IMG/VR virus record: IMGVR_UViG_3300046506_000191
From: a virus
DNA length: 39,654 bases
Strand: one strand, 5' to 3'
Shown here: piece after piece, positions 7,855-15,010 of the stretch
Numbering within the stretch: the stretch's first letter is position 1
How the letters are laid out: each line of letters begins with the position of its first letter
Translations under genes and position numbers: made by a program
Notes under the pieces: generated by a model
Told to the model about the DNA's origin: nothing
Seen by the model: the letters and a program-made list of their open reading frames with translations, nothing else
Databases searched by the model: none

Positions 7855-7890
7855 TTGACTTGACAGGGCTCACATCCGGCGAGTTAATGT
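7855..7890 (+). promoter_or_regulatory. Sigma70-like promoter candidate for the rightward operon
   Basis: TTGACTTGACA (TTGACA at 7860-7865). GTTAAT/TAATGT lies 17-19 nt downstream. Sits in the divergent intergenic region. Confidence 0.35.
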
Positions 7891-7935
7891 AAGTACACAA
7901 AGTCGCCGTGAACAGCAGCGACAGAGGAGTGAAGC

Positions 7936-8265
7936 ATGTCTGACATCACGTGGCACCGACCGGAATACCAAGGGAAGGACGACCAGCTCGTCAGCCTCGC
8001 CAGCGTCGCCACGCTCGCCGGAGTCACCCGGGCCGCCGTCTCGAACTGGCGCCGCCGGCACGACTTCCCCAAGCCCGTCATGACCGCCGGCCGCACCGTC
8101 TGGGTCGTGCGGGCGGAGGCCGAGGCGTGGCTCGCCACGCGTCCGGCCCGGACCGCCAAGGACACCGACGCCCAGCTCGCCGCGCTGGAGGCCCGCGAGG
8201 CCCGCCAGACCGCCGCGTTGGCCATCACCCGCAAGAAGCTCCGCCAGCTCCACCAGCACCCCTGA
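7936..8265 (+). CDS. Helix-turn-helix DNA-binding protein (excisionase/MerR-like HTH_17 type)
   Basis: ATG after GAGGAG. LVSLASVATLAGVTRAAVSNWRRRHDFPKPV is a typical excisionase-family HTH. Confidence 0.7.
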   Translation: MSDITWHRPEYQGKDDQLVSLASVATLAGVTRAAVSNWRRRHDFPKPVMTAGRTVWVVRAEAEAWLATRPARTAKDTDAQLAALEAREARQTAALAITRKKLRQLHQHP

Positions 8266-8344
8266 ACCAAGACGGCCCCCGGTGGTGTTACGAGCACCGA
8301 CCGAGGGCCTGACCGAACCCTTGAACCAGCAAGGAGAACGGCTA

Positions 8345-8809
8345 ATGGCCGATCTTGCCATGCCCGCACGCCCCGACAACACCGTCCCCGAGCCCAGCAA
8401 CCTCGACGCCGAGGCCCGTGACCTCCGGGCCCTGCTCGAAGTCGTCCTCGACGCGATCACCCTGCCCTACGGCACCCACGACTATGACCGGCGGATGCGG
8501 GAGCGCGCCTCATGGGTGCGGACCACCGTCCGCGCCGCGCTCGACGAGAGCCCCACCGAGTTGGGCTGGAACGTGGACTTCCTCCGCAGCCGGATGATCA
8601 CCGAGCAGGCCGAGGCCGACGAGCGCGCCAAGAACTCGTGCGGCCGCTGCTACCGCCCGTTCGACGCGAGCGACACGAGGTTCGACGGCCGCGCCCGCCA
8701 CAAGGCCACCCCGTTCTGCCGATGGTGCACGGACAACTGCGCCGACGGCGGCACGGAACACGTCTGCGTCATCTGCGAGCCGAAGCGGTACGGCGGTGCG
8801 GGCCGATGA
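8345..8809 (+). CDS. Hypothetical Cys-rich protein (154 aa)
   Basis: ATG after AAGGAG. C-terminal CGRC ... CRWC ... CVIC pairs. Confidence 0.65.
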   Translation: MADLAMPARPDNTVPEPSNLDAEARDLRALLEVVLDAITLPYGTHDYDRRMRERASWVRTTVRAALDESPTELGWNVDFLRSRMITEQAEADERAKNSCGRCYRPFDASDTRFDGRARHKATPFCRWCTDNCADGGTEHVCVICEPKRYGGAGR

Positions 8810-9924
8810 CCACCCGCGAACTCACCAGAGGCCAGACCATCGTCTTGGGCGCCGCGTCCGTCGCCATGGTCGCCGTCGGAGCCTTCGGCGCCTGGGGCAC
8901 CTACACGAACGCCGTCACCGAGTTCCAGCGGCAGGCGACCGCCGCCGGCGTCGTCGCCTCGGGCGAGGGCCTGACCCTGATCCTCGCCCTGGTCATGCTG
9001 GGACGGACGATGCTCAACATGCCATCGCCCGGCGTCGTCCGGGGCGGCATGTGGGTGGCCCCGCTGTCCGCCAGCGGCATCGGCATCTCCATCGCCAACG
9101 ACGTCCGCGAGGCCGCCGTGTACGCGGTCACCCCGCTGGCCATGTCCGGCGCCGCCGAAGGCCTCGGCCTGATCGCCCGCAGCATCGTCGTCTACCGCAC
9201 CGGCGTAGACGCCGAGGTGATGCGCCACAACGCAGACGCCGCCCGGCAACTGGCCTTCCACCGCGCCGTCGCCGACGGCCACCCCGACGACCGCAAGCGC
9301 AAGCGGGCCGTGCGCCAGTACTGGCGGCTCGCCAAATACGTCGGCGTCGATGACGCCGAGCTCGGCGCCGGCCTGGTCGACGTCCAGCGCGCCCGCGTCC
9401 GGGACGGAGCTGATGCGGCCCTCGCATCCATGTACGGCGGCACGCTCAAGCCGCGTAGCGAACGCGACACACCTCGAGCTCAGTCGGCCTCGGCAACGGA
9501 GGTACTGCGAGCCCGGTTCGCCGAGATGGACCCGGCGGATGTGATCCGCCTCGCAGCTGATGCGCGACCTGATGCGCCGCCCGCCGAACTCGCCCACGTG
9601 CTCGGCACCTACGGGCTCTCCGTGGACGCCGTGGCCGTCGCCCTCGTCCTCGGCCAGAGGGCCCCGGAGTACGAGGTGCATCGACCTGATGCGGCGGATG
9701 CACCGCAGGTCAACGCACTGGAGGCCGTAACGCTGGAGGCCGCCGTCGTCGAGGCCGCATCCATCCTCGGCCCCGACGCCAAAGCCCGCGAGATCGCCGA
9801 GCACATCGCCCGGCACCGGCGCCTCGTCGTCACCGAGCCGTACATCCGCACCGCCCTCTCCAGGGCCGCTAAGAAGGACCAGGGCGAGACCCCGGCCACG
9901 CCGATGGAAGGTGGATACGCATGA
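8806..9924 (+). CDS. Integral membrane protein with four N-terminal TM helices (DUF2637/Spd-like) and a soluble C-terminal domain
   Basis: ATGA-coupled start. Four hydrophobic segments lie in the first ~150 aa. The family name is recalled, not searched. Confidence 0.65.
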   Translation: MTTRELTRGQTIVLGAASVAMVAVGAFGAWGTYTNAVTEFQRQATAAGVVASGEGLTLILALVMLGRTMLNMPSPGVVRGGMWVAPLSASGIGISIANDVREAAVYAVTPLAMSGAAEGLGLIARSIVVYRTGVDAEVMRHNADAARQLAFHRAVADGHPDDRKRKRAVRQYWRLAKYVGVDDAELGAGLVDVQRARVRDGADAALASMYGGTLKPRSERDTPRAQSASATEVLRARFAEMDPADVIRLAADARPDAPPAELAHVLGTYGLSVDAVAVALVLGQRAPEYEVHRPDAADAPQVNALEAVTLEAAVVEAASILGPDAKAREIAEHIARHRRLVVTEPYIRTALSRAAKKDQGETPATPMEGGYA

Positions 9925-10097
9925 TGCGCCTCGCGTTCGGCGCCGTCCTCGGCCTGCTCGTCGTCTACCCGGCGCTGCTCGCCATCCTGCTGAGCATCGC
10001 GGCCGTGGTCCTGGTGCAGCCCGTCGTCCTCGCGTTCGCCGCCGGAGTCATCCTGTGGCCCCACCTCGCCCGCCGGGCCCGGAGGTGGACGTCGTGA
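9921..10097 (+). CDS. Small two-TM membrane protein (58 aa)
   Basis: ATGA-coupled start after GAAGGTGG, GTGA-coupled stop. Almost entirely hydrophobic. Hand-translated because it is below the track cut-off. Confidence 0.45.
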   Translation: MMRLAFGAVLGLLVVYPALLAILLSIAAVVLVQPVVLAFAAGVILWPHLARRARRWTS

Positions 10098-10405
10098 GCG
10101 ACCCGCTCGCCAAGGCGGAAGCCGCGGTCACGGAAGCGCAGACGAACACCGTCGCCGTGCAGTTGGCGCTCGCCGCCGTCGAGCTCGCCAAGGCCGCTAC
10201 CGCCCAGCAGCAGACTGCCGCTCAGCAGCCCGCTCCCGTCTCGCAGTTCGACTCCCGGAAGTGGCTCACCATCGGCGGCCTCTGCATCGCGGGAGGCCTC
10301 GTCGGCGCCCTGTTCGCCGTCGCCGTCGCCATCGGCGCCGTATCCGTCGCGATCCTCGCCCTCGTCCTGCGCTCCATCTGGCACGACATCCAGCGCAAGG
10401 GCTGA
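10094..10405 (+). CDS. Membrane protein with Ala/Gln-rich N-part and C-terminal TM segment (103 aa)
   Basis: GTG 8 nt after GGAGG. LTIGGLCIAGGLVGALFAVAVAIGAVSVAILALVL. Confidence 0.6.
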   Translation: MSDPLAKAEAAVTEAQTNTVAVQLALAAVELAKAATAQQQTAAQQPAPVSQFDSRKWLTIGGLCIAGGLVGALFAVAVAIGAVSVAILALVLRSIWHDIQRKG

Positions 10406-10417
10406 CAGTCCCTCCGT

Positions 10418-10440
10418 CCCCCGCGGCCCGTCCGTGGGGG
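10418..10440 (+). terminator. Stem-loop after the membrane-protein genes
   Basis: CCCCCGCGG (10418-10426) pairs with CCGTGGGGG (10432-10440). This gives 9 bp including one G-U, with a 5-nt loop. Confidence 0.3.
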
Positions 10441-10486
10441 TGCGGTGGAGCCGGACAGCCCGGCCCGCAACCCGAGGAGAGAGACC

Positions 10487-10696
10487 GTGAACCGAGAAGA
10501 GCGCCTGACCATGGCCAATACGGCGATGGACAAGGCCACCCAGCTCGCCCGCGACGCCGAATTCCACGCCCGCAGCCACGAATCCCGCCAGAGGACGCAG
10601 CCCCTCGCCGCCGCCGGCGCCCTGTGGGTGGACATCGCCCGCGCCCACGCCGACATCGCCCGCCTGCTGCCCGAGACGGAGGACACCGATGTCTGA
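10487..10696 (+). CDS. Hypothetical small protein (69 aa)
   Basis: GTG after GAGGAGAG. ATG 10511 is an alternative start. Confidence 0.5.
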   Translation: MNREERLTMANTAMDKATQLARDAEFHARSHESRQRTQPLAAAGALWVDIARAHADIARLLPETEDTDV

Positions 10697-10859
10697 GCCG
10701 AAGGTGAAGCTCACGCTCTGGGAGAAGGCCCGCATCGTCGCCATCGAGGCACACGGCGTGAAGCGTGCCGCCGCCGGTATCGAGAACCAGCCCGACATCG
10801 ACAAGCGCGTCGAGCGCGTCCGTGAGCAGGCCCGCAAGAGGGCCGCGCGCGGCAAGTAG
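10689..10859 (+). CDS. Hypothetical basic small protein (56 aa)
   Basis: ATG 4 nt after ACGGAGGA. Overlaps the upstream stop. Hand-translated as MSEPKVKLTLWEKARIVAIEAHGVKR... Confidence 0.45.
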   Translation: MSEPKVKLTLWEKARIVAIEAHGVKRAAAGIENQPDIDKRVERVREQARKRAARGK

Positions 10860-10865
10860 CTACAT

Positions 10866-10909
10866 CCCGGGGACGGCTGTTCACCGCCAAGCAGACCGCC
10901 GTCCCCGGG
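10866..10909 (+). terminator. 12-bp perfect inverted repeat upstream of the translocase gene
   Basis: CCCGGGGACGGC (10866-10877) and GCCGTCCCCGGG (10898-10909) flank a 20-nt loop. Confidence 0.3.
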
Positions 10910-10945
10910 CGTCCCAGCCCCAGTAAGAGGCAGGAAGCCACCAGC

Positions 10946-13048
10946 ATGACCGACATCCTGATCAAGCCGCTACAGGACGCCCACCAGGACGCCGAGGACG
11001 CCACCCCGGACGCGCAGGACGCCGTCACCGAAGTCGAGGCGGTCGACCGCCCCGACAACCCCCTCGCCGACTGGCTCACCGTCCCCGACGCCCCGATCCT
11101 GCCCGCCTGGGCCCGCAACTGGGCATCCGTCCGCGCCAACAGCGGCGCCTTCGCCAAGGTCACCTGGTGGCACACCCGCTACCACGGCCTCCGCAGCCCC
11201 AAGTACGCCGTGAAGATCGCCGGATACTCGACGCGCGGCGCCTTCCGGGGCGGGCGCCGCCTGTGGCCCGTCCTCGCCGCCCAGGACCACACCCGCGCCG
11301 TCAAAGCCCTCGCCGCCCAGTCCAAGGCCAAGCCCGAGGACGAGGCGCTCGCCCTGCGCTACCAGGTCGCCCACCGCGACCGCACCCTCGCCCGCCGCTG
11401 GCGCTGGGGTGCCGCCCTCGGCCTGGCGTCCGCCGCGTCCGTCTCCCTCAACTACGCCAGCCTCGGCCTGCAGCTCGCCGCCAGCTGCATGATGTGCGGC
11501 GGCCTCTCCGCAATCGGCTGGTCCGACGAGGCGCAGATCCTCGACCACGGCACCCCGCCCCTGCGGATCGCCATGGACTCCCAGCAGCTCAACGACGCCC
11601 TGCGCGCCACCAGCCTGCTCAAGCAGGGCAAGGGCGACGACGAAGGGCCCAAGGTCAACTGTGTGATGGGGCCGCTCCGCGACGGGAACGGCTGGGCGGT
11701 CGTCTTCGACCTGCCCCGGGGCGGCGGGAAGACCGCGGCCGATGTCCTCGCCAAGCGGACCGCGATCGCGGCCGAGCTCGGCGTCGACGAGATCCAGGTC
11801 ATCATGAGCCGCGTCCGCGCAGCCCACGGCGGCAACGCGGGCCGCGTGTCCATGTGGGTCGCCGACGACGACCCCTACCTCGCCCCGCCCACGACCTCGC
11901 CGCTGGAAGCCCTGGACACCTTCTCCATCTGGGACCCGGTGCCCTTCGGCCAGGACGCCCGCGGCAACCGCGTCTCCATCCCCATCGTGTGGCAGTCCAT
12001 GTTCTTCGGCGGCCTGCCCCGGCGCGGCAAGACGTTCAGCCAGCGTCTCCTGACCGCCGCCGGCCTCCTGGACGCCTACGTGCGGCACTACGTCGCCGAC
12101 TTCAAGGGCGGCCAGGACTGGATCCAGATGCGGCAGGTCGCCCACCGGCTCGTCCTCGGCGCCGAAGAAGACGCCATCGAAGCCTTCAAGACCATGCTCA
12201 AGGAACTCCTGGCCGAGATGGAACGCCGCTTCGCCGTCCTGCGCGGCCTGCCCACCTCGATCTGCCCCGAGGGCAAGCTCACCCCCGAGATCGTCAAGCG
12301 CTACAACATGCCGTTCATCCTGTTCACCGTCGACGAGCTGCAGGAAGCGTTCCTCGCCGTCGACGACCAGGAGCGCGAAGAGATCATCAACGACATGGCG
12401 CGCATCGCCCGGCGCGGCCCCGCCGCCGGTTTCGTCTCCAACTACGCCTCGCAGCGCCCCGACGCCAAGTCCGTGCCCACCAAGCTCCGCGAGATCATCA
12501 CCATCCGCTACTCCACCCAGGTCACCGACCAGACCAGTTCCGACATGGTCCTCGGCAAGGGCAAGGCCGCCCAGGGCGCCGACGCGTCCGTCCTGTCCGA
12601 AGACCACCTCGGCGTCGGTGTCCTCGTCACCGGCCCCGCCTCCTTCGTCACCGTCAAGGCCGACAAGCTGGAGACCGCCGCCTTCAACTCCATGTGCTCC
12701 AAGGGCCGCACCCTGCGCGAGCAGGCCGGACAGCTCACCGGCGAGGCCGCCAACGACCCCAGCGCGATCGCCGAGGCATCCGGCGTCACCGTCAGCCCCG
12801 TCTTGTCCGACTGCCTCGCCGTCATGCGGCACAGCGTGAAGATGCACACCGTCGACCTGCTCGCCCGTCTGGAGAACCTCGACGAGGACTATGGCGACTG
12901 GGACGCCGAACGCCTCGCCAAGGAGCTGGACGACGCCGGCGTGAAGCGCACCACCAAGCAGGTCAACATCGGCGGCAAGAACCTCGCCGGATACCGCCGC
13001 GAGGACCTCGAAGCCGCCATGCCCGCCGAGCTCCTCAACGCCCGGTAG
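10946..13048 (+). CDS. FtsK/SpoIIIE-family dsDNA translocase, TraB-like (N-terminal TM region, P-loop motor, C-terminal wHTH-like tail)
   Basis: Hydrophobic segments lie around aa 160-200. Walker A is GGLPRRGKTF and Walker B is ILFTVDELQE. The size and layout match actinomycete plasmid TraB and phage FtsK-like proteins. Confidence 0.8.
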   Translation: MTDILIKPLQDAHQDAEDATPDAQDAVTEVEAVDRPDNPLADWLTVPDAPILPAWARNWASVRANSGAFAKVTWWHTRYHGLRSPKYAVKIAGYSTRGAFRGGRRLWPVLAAQDHTRAVKALAAQSKAKPEDEALALRYQVAHRDRTLARRWRWGAALGLASAASVSLNYASLGLQLAASCMMCGGLSAIGWSDEAQILDHGTPPLRIAMDSQQLNDALRATSLLKQGKGDDEGPKVNCVMGPLRDGNGWAVVFDLPRGGGKTAADVLAKRTAIAAELGVDEIQVIMSRVRAAHGGNAGRVSMWVADDDPYLAPPTTSPLEALDTFSIWDPVPFGQDARGNRVSIPIVWQSMFFGGLPRRGKTFSQRLLTAAGLLDAYVRHYVADFKGGQDWIQMRQVAHRLVLGAEEDAIEAFKTMLKELLAEMERRFAVLRGLPTSICPEGKLTPEIVKRYNMPFILFTVDELQEAFLAVDDQEREEIINDMARIARRGPAAGFVSNYASQRPDAKSVPTKLREIITIRYSTQVTDQTSSDMVLGKGKAAQGADASVLSEDHLGVGVLVTGPASFVTVKADKLETAAFNSMCSKGRTLREQAGQLTGEAANDPSAIAEASGVTVSPVLSDCLAVMRHSVKMHTVDLLARLENLDEDYGDWDAERLAKELDDAGVKRTTKQVNIGGKNLAGYRREDLEAAMPAELLNAR

Positions 13049-13191
13049 AGGGGGGAGGGCACTACAACCCCCGCTACGAGACCCCCTCTTGGCCACCCCT
13101 ACCCGGCGAGTGGATCTAGAGGGGGGCCTCTACGGCCATAGACCCCCCAGTAGAGGCCCCCGACCTGCAAAGTAGTGGGGATAGAGGGGGG
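13045..13191. repeat. Cluster of (G)TAGAGG(G/C)4 repeats downstream of the translocase gene (clt-like or operator-like)
   Basis: Copies start at 13046, 13117, 13151 and 13182. An inverted copy CCTCTAC lies at 13128-13134. Degenerate copies are GTAGTGGGG (13172) and CCCCCTCTT (13082). Confidence 0.6.
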
Positions 13192-13237
13192 TACGGGGCC
13201 ACCCTCCAACAGCCCCTCCAGAGGGCATCATGGAGGC

Positions 13238-13417
13238 ATGCAGCAAACCGTCCTCGTCGACGCCTACGCCGCCCACGCAGCCACCGGCATACAGCCCGGC
13301 ACCATCCGCGTCTGGCTTCACCGCGGCAAGCTCACCCACCACGGCCACGACCGCCAAGGGCGCGCCCTCGTCGACCTCAACGAACTCGCCGAGAAGGCAA
13401 ACGGTCAAGCAGCTTGA
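13238..13417 (+). CDS. Small helix-turn-helix DNA-binding protein (MerR/excisionase-like, 59 aa)
   Basis: ATG after GGAGGC. ATGIQPGTIRVWLHRGKL ... GRALVDLNEL. Confidence 0.6.
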   Translation: MQQTVLVDAYAAHAATGIQPGTIRVWLHRGKLTHHGHDRQGRALVDLNELAEKANGQAA

Positions 13418-13487
13418 CCAACGCCCTGACCTGCTGTAACACTCAAGCCACGTTCACTGTGTCCTCAACCGACACCACAGACGCACG

Positions 13488-13521
13488 CGAAGCCCCGGCG
13501 GCCATGAGCCCCGGGGCTTCG
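13488..13521 (+). terminator. Stem-loop terminator after the HTH gene
   Basis: CGAAGCCCCGG pairs with CCGGGGCTTCG: 11 perfect bp around a 12-nt loop. Confidence 0.55.
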
Positions 13522-13530
13522 TCGTGCACG

Positions 13531-13649
13531 GGCGGACCGTGGCAGAGCGGCCAAATGCACCGGCGAGCGGAAGAGCCTCCGCAACGTCGGCGAGAGTCGG
13601 GGCGGCCCTGCCCTTGCCCTCCGTGGGTTCAAATCCCACCGGTCCGCCT
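13531..13649 (+). ncRNA. tRNA-like element (118 nt) with acceptor closure, class-II-type D-arm and canonical T-arm but no canonical anticodon arm
   Basis: GGCGGACCG (13531-13539) pairs with CGGTCCGCC (13640-13648). The D-loop is GAGCGGCCAAA. The T-arm is GTGGG-TTCAAAT-CCCAC (13623-13639). A manual scan found no 5-bp stem with a 7-nt loop between them. Confidence 0.4.
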
Positions 13650-13670
13650 ACTCACGACGGGAGGGCGCCC

Positions 13671-13955
13671 GTGGCCGGTATCCGCAACGGGCGCCCCTAC
13701 CGCCGCCTGGTGGCTGCCGTGAAGGCCCTCGGCCTCCCGTGCTGGATCTGCGGCCACAACATCCCCGCCAACGTCGACGGCCGGCGCCACCCGCTCGCCT
13801 TCACCCTCGACCACCTCATCCCGCTCAGCCGCGGCGGCGACCTCTGCGACCCCGCCAACGCCCGCTCAGCACACCGCCGCTGCAACAGCGCGCGGGGCAA
13901 CCGCACGACGACCCGGCCGAAGACGGCGCCGCAGCGAGCCTCACGGAGGTGGTGA
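13671..13955 (+). CDS. HNH endonuclease
   Basis: GTG 5 nt after GGGAGGG. CWICGH ... TLDHLIPLSRGG ... NARSAHRRCNSARGN is the HNH Cys/His motif set. Confidence 0.8.
   Translation: MAGIRNGRPYRRLVAAVKALGLPCWICGHNIPANVDGRRHPLAFTLDHLIPLSRGGDLCDPANARSAHRRCNSARGNRTTTRPKTAPQRASRRW
13931..13955 (+). repeat. 25-bp exact repeat (GCAGCGAGCCTCACGGAGGTGGTGA), copy 1, supplying the SD for the next gene
   Basis: Identical to 14343-14367. Confidence 0.95.
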
Positions 13956-13959
13956 GACG

Positions 13960-14343
13960 ATGCCGAGCATGAGTGATGAGCTGGTGCGGTGGCTCGCCGA
14001 GCAGTTCGACGAGGACGAGCGGATCGCGCGCAGAGCGGGTGACAGCTTCCGGCAGATCGGCGAGACCGGCGTCATCGTCGCCACCGAGGGCGACCGAGCG
14101 GAAGAGTGCGCCTCCGCAAACTGGGCTGGCGTTGCCGAGCACATCGTTGCGCATGATCCGGCTCGGGTGCTGCGCGAGATCGACGCGAAGCGGCGCATCC
14201 TCGCCGAACACGCACTCAACGGCTGGGTCTGCACCACCTGCGATAACGGGCAGGTCGAACAGGTCTTCCCCTGCCCGACGCTGTGCCTGCTCGCCCTGCC
14301 CTACGCGGACCGTCCCGGCTACCGCGAGGAATGTCACCCGTAG
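13960..14343 (+). CDS. Hypothetical protein, DUF6221-like (127 aa)
   Basis: ATG 7 nt after GGAGGTGG. The HIVAHDPARVLREIDAKRRILAEH segment is recalled from a Streptomyces/mycobacterial DUF family. Confidence 0.65.
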   Translation: MPSMSDELVRWLAEQFDEDERIARRAGDSFRQIGETGVIVATEGDRAEECASANWAGVAEHIVAHDPARVLREIDAKRRILAEHALNGWVCTTCDNGQVEQVFPCPTLCLLALPYADRPGYREECHP

Positions 14344-14367
14344 CAGCGAGCCTCACGGAGGTGGTGA
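14343..14367 (+). repeat. 25-bp exact repeat, copy 2
   Basis: Identical to 13931-13955. Lies directly upstream of ATG 14370. Confidence 0.95.
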
Positions 14368-14369
14368 CC

Positions 14370-14570
14370 ATGGCCAGCCTGATGGATGCCGCAGCCCTGC
14401 GGCGCCTTGCTGACGCCCTCGACCGCATGGCCGAGACCGCCACGCAGACCGGTGTCACCCTCTGCGCTTACGGCACGGACCACATCGAGATCGACGGCAT
14501 CACGCTGGCACTCCAGAGCGTGAGCGATGGCGACAGCGTCCGATACGTCGTCGACCTCGCGTACAGCTGA
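14370..14570 (+). CDS. Hypothetical small protein (66 aa)
   Basis: ATG 5 nt after GGAGGTGG inside the repeat. Confidence 0.6.
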   Translation: MASLMDAAALRRLADALDRMAETATQTGVTLCAYGTDHIEIDGITLALQSVSDGDSVRYVVDLAYS

Positions 14571-14572
14571 CC

Positions 14573-15010
14573 GTGCTGATCGTCGTCACCGGCCCGCCGG
14601 CCGCAGGCAAGTCGAGCTGGATTAAGGCGCACGCCAAGGCCAACGACATCGTCATCGACCTCGACCTGATGGCGCTGGCCATGGCCGGGCCCGGAGCTGA
14701 CCACCACGCCCACGGTGAGGTGCTGACCAAGGTGGTGCACCGCGCCCGCTACGCAGCCATCGACGAGGCGTGCCAGCACCTCGACAAGGTCGACGTGTAC
14801 GTCATCCACACACAGCCCAGCGCGAAGGCGCGAGCGAAGTACAAGAGGCTCGACGCGCGCATCGTGACCGTGGACCCAGGCAGGGACATCGTCATGCAGA
14901 GGGTCAAGGCCATGCGACAGCCCGAGATGGAACGGGTCGTCACCCGGTGGTACAACGCCCGGCGCGGCCAGGCCCGGGGCGCGATGCCGCAGGCGTCACG
15001 AGTGTGGTGA
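14573..15010 (+). CDS. P-loop NTPase/kinase-like protein (145 aa)
   Basis: Walker A at the N-terminus: LIVVTGPPAAGKSSW. Small single-domain size, like AAA_33/zeta-type kinases. Confidence 0.7.
   Translation: MLIVVTGPPAAGKSSWIKAHAKANDIVIDLDLMALAMAGPGADHHAHGEVLTKVVHRARYAAIDEACQHLDKVDVYVIHTQPSAKARAKYKRLDARIVTVDPGRDIVMQRVKAMRQPEMERVVTRWYNARRGQARGAMPQASRVW

Noticed and set aside
10970-13096. 708-aa minus-strand ORF and a 650-aa alternative plus-frame ORF (11167..13119) over the translocase gene
   Set aside because: Both are compositionally Arg/Gly/Pro-biased frame artefacts of GC-rich DNA. Only the 10946..13048 frame has Walker motifs and a protein-like composition.
13531-13649. Calling this a bona fide tRNA gene with an assigned anticodon
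   Set aside because: A manual register-by-register scan found no 5-bp stem with a 7-nt loop. The length (118 nt) exceeds even class-II tRNAs. It is reported only as tRNA-like.
13414-13722. ORFs 13414..13722 and the 5' extension of 13524..13955 across the terminator and tRNA-like element
   Set aside because: They run through a strong hairpin and the structured RNA-like region. The HNH domain begins after GTG 13671, which has a good SD (GGGAGGG).
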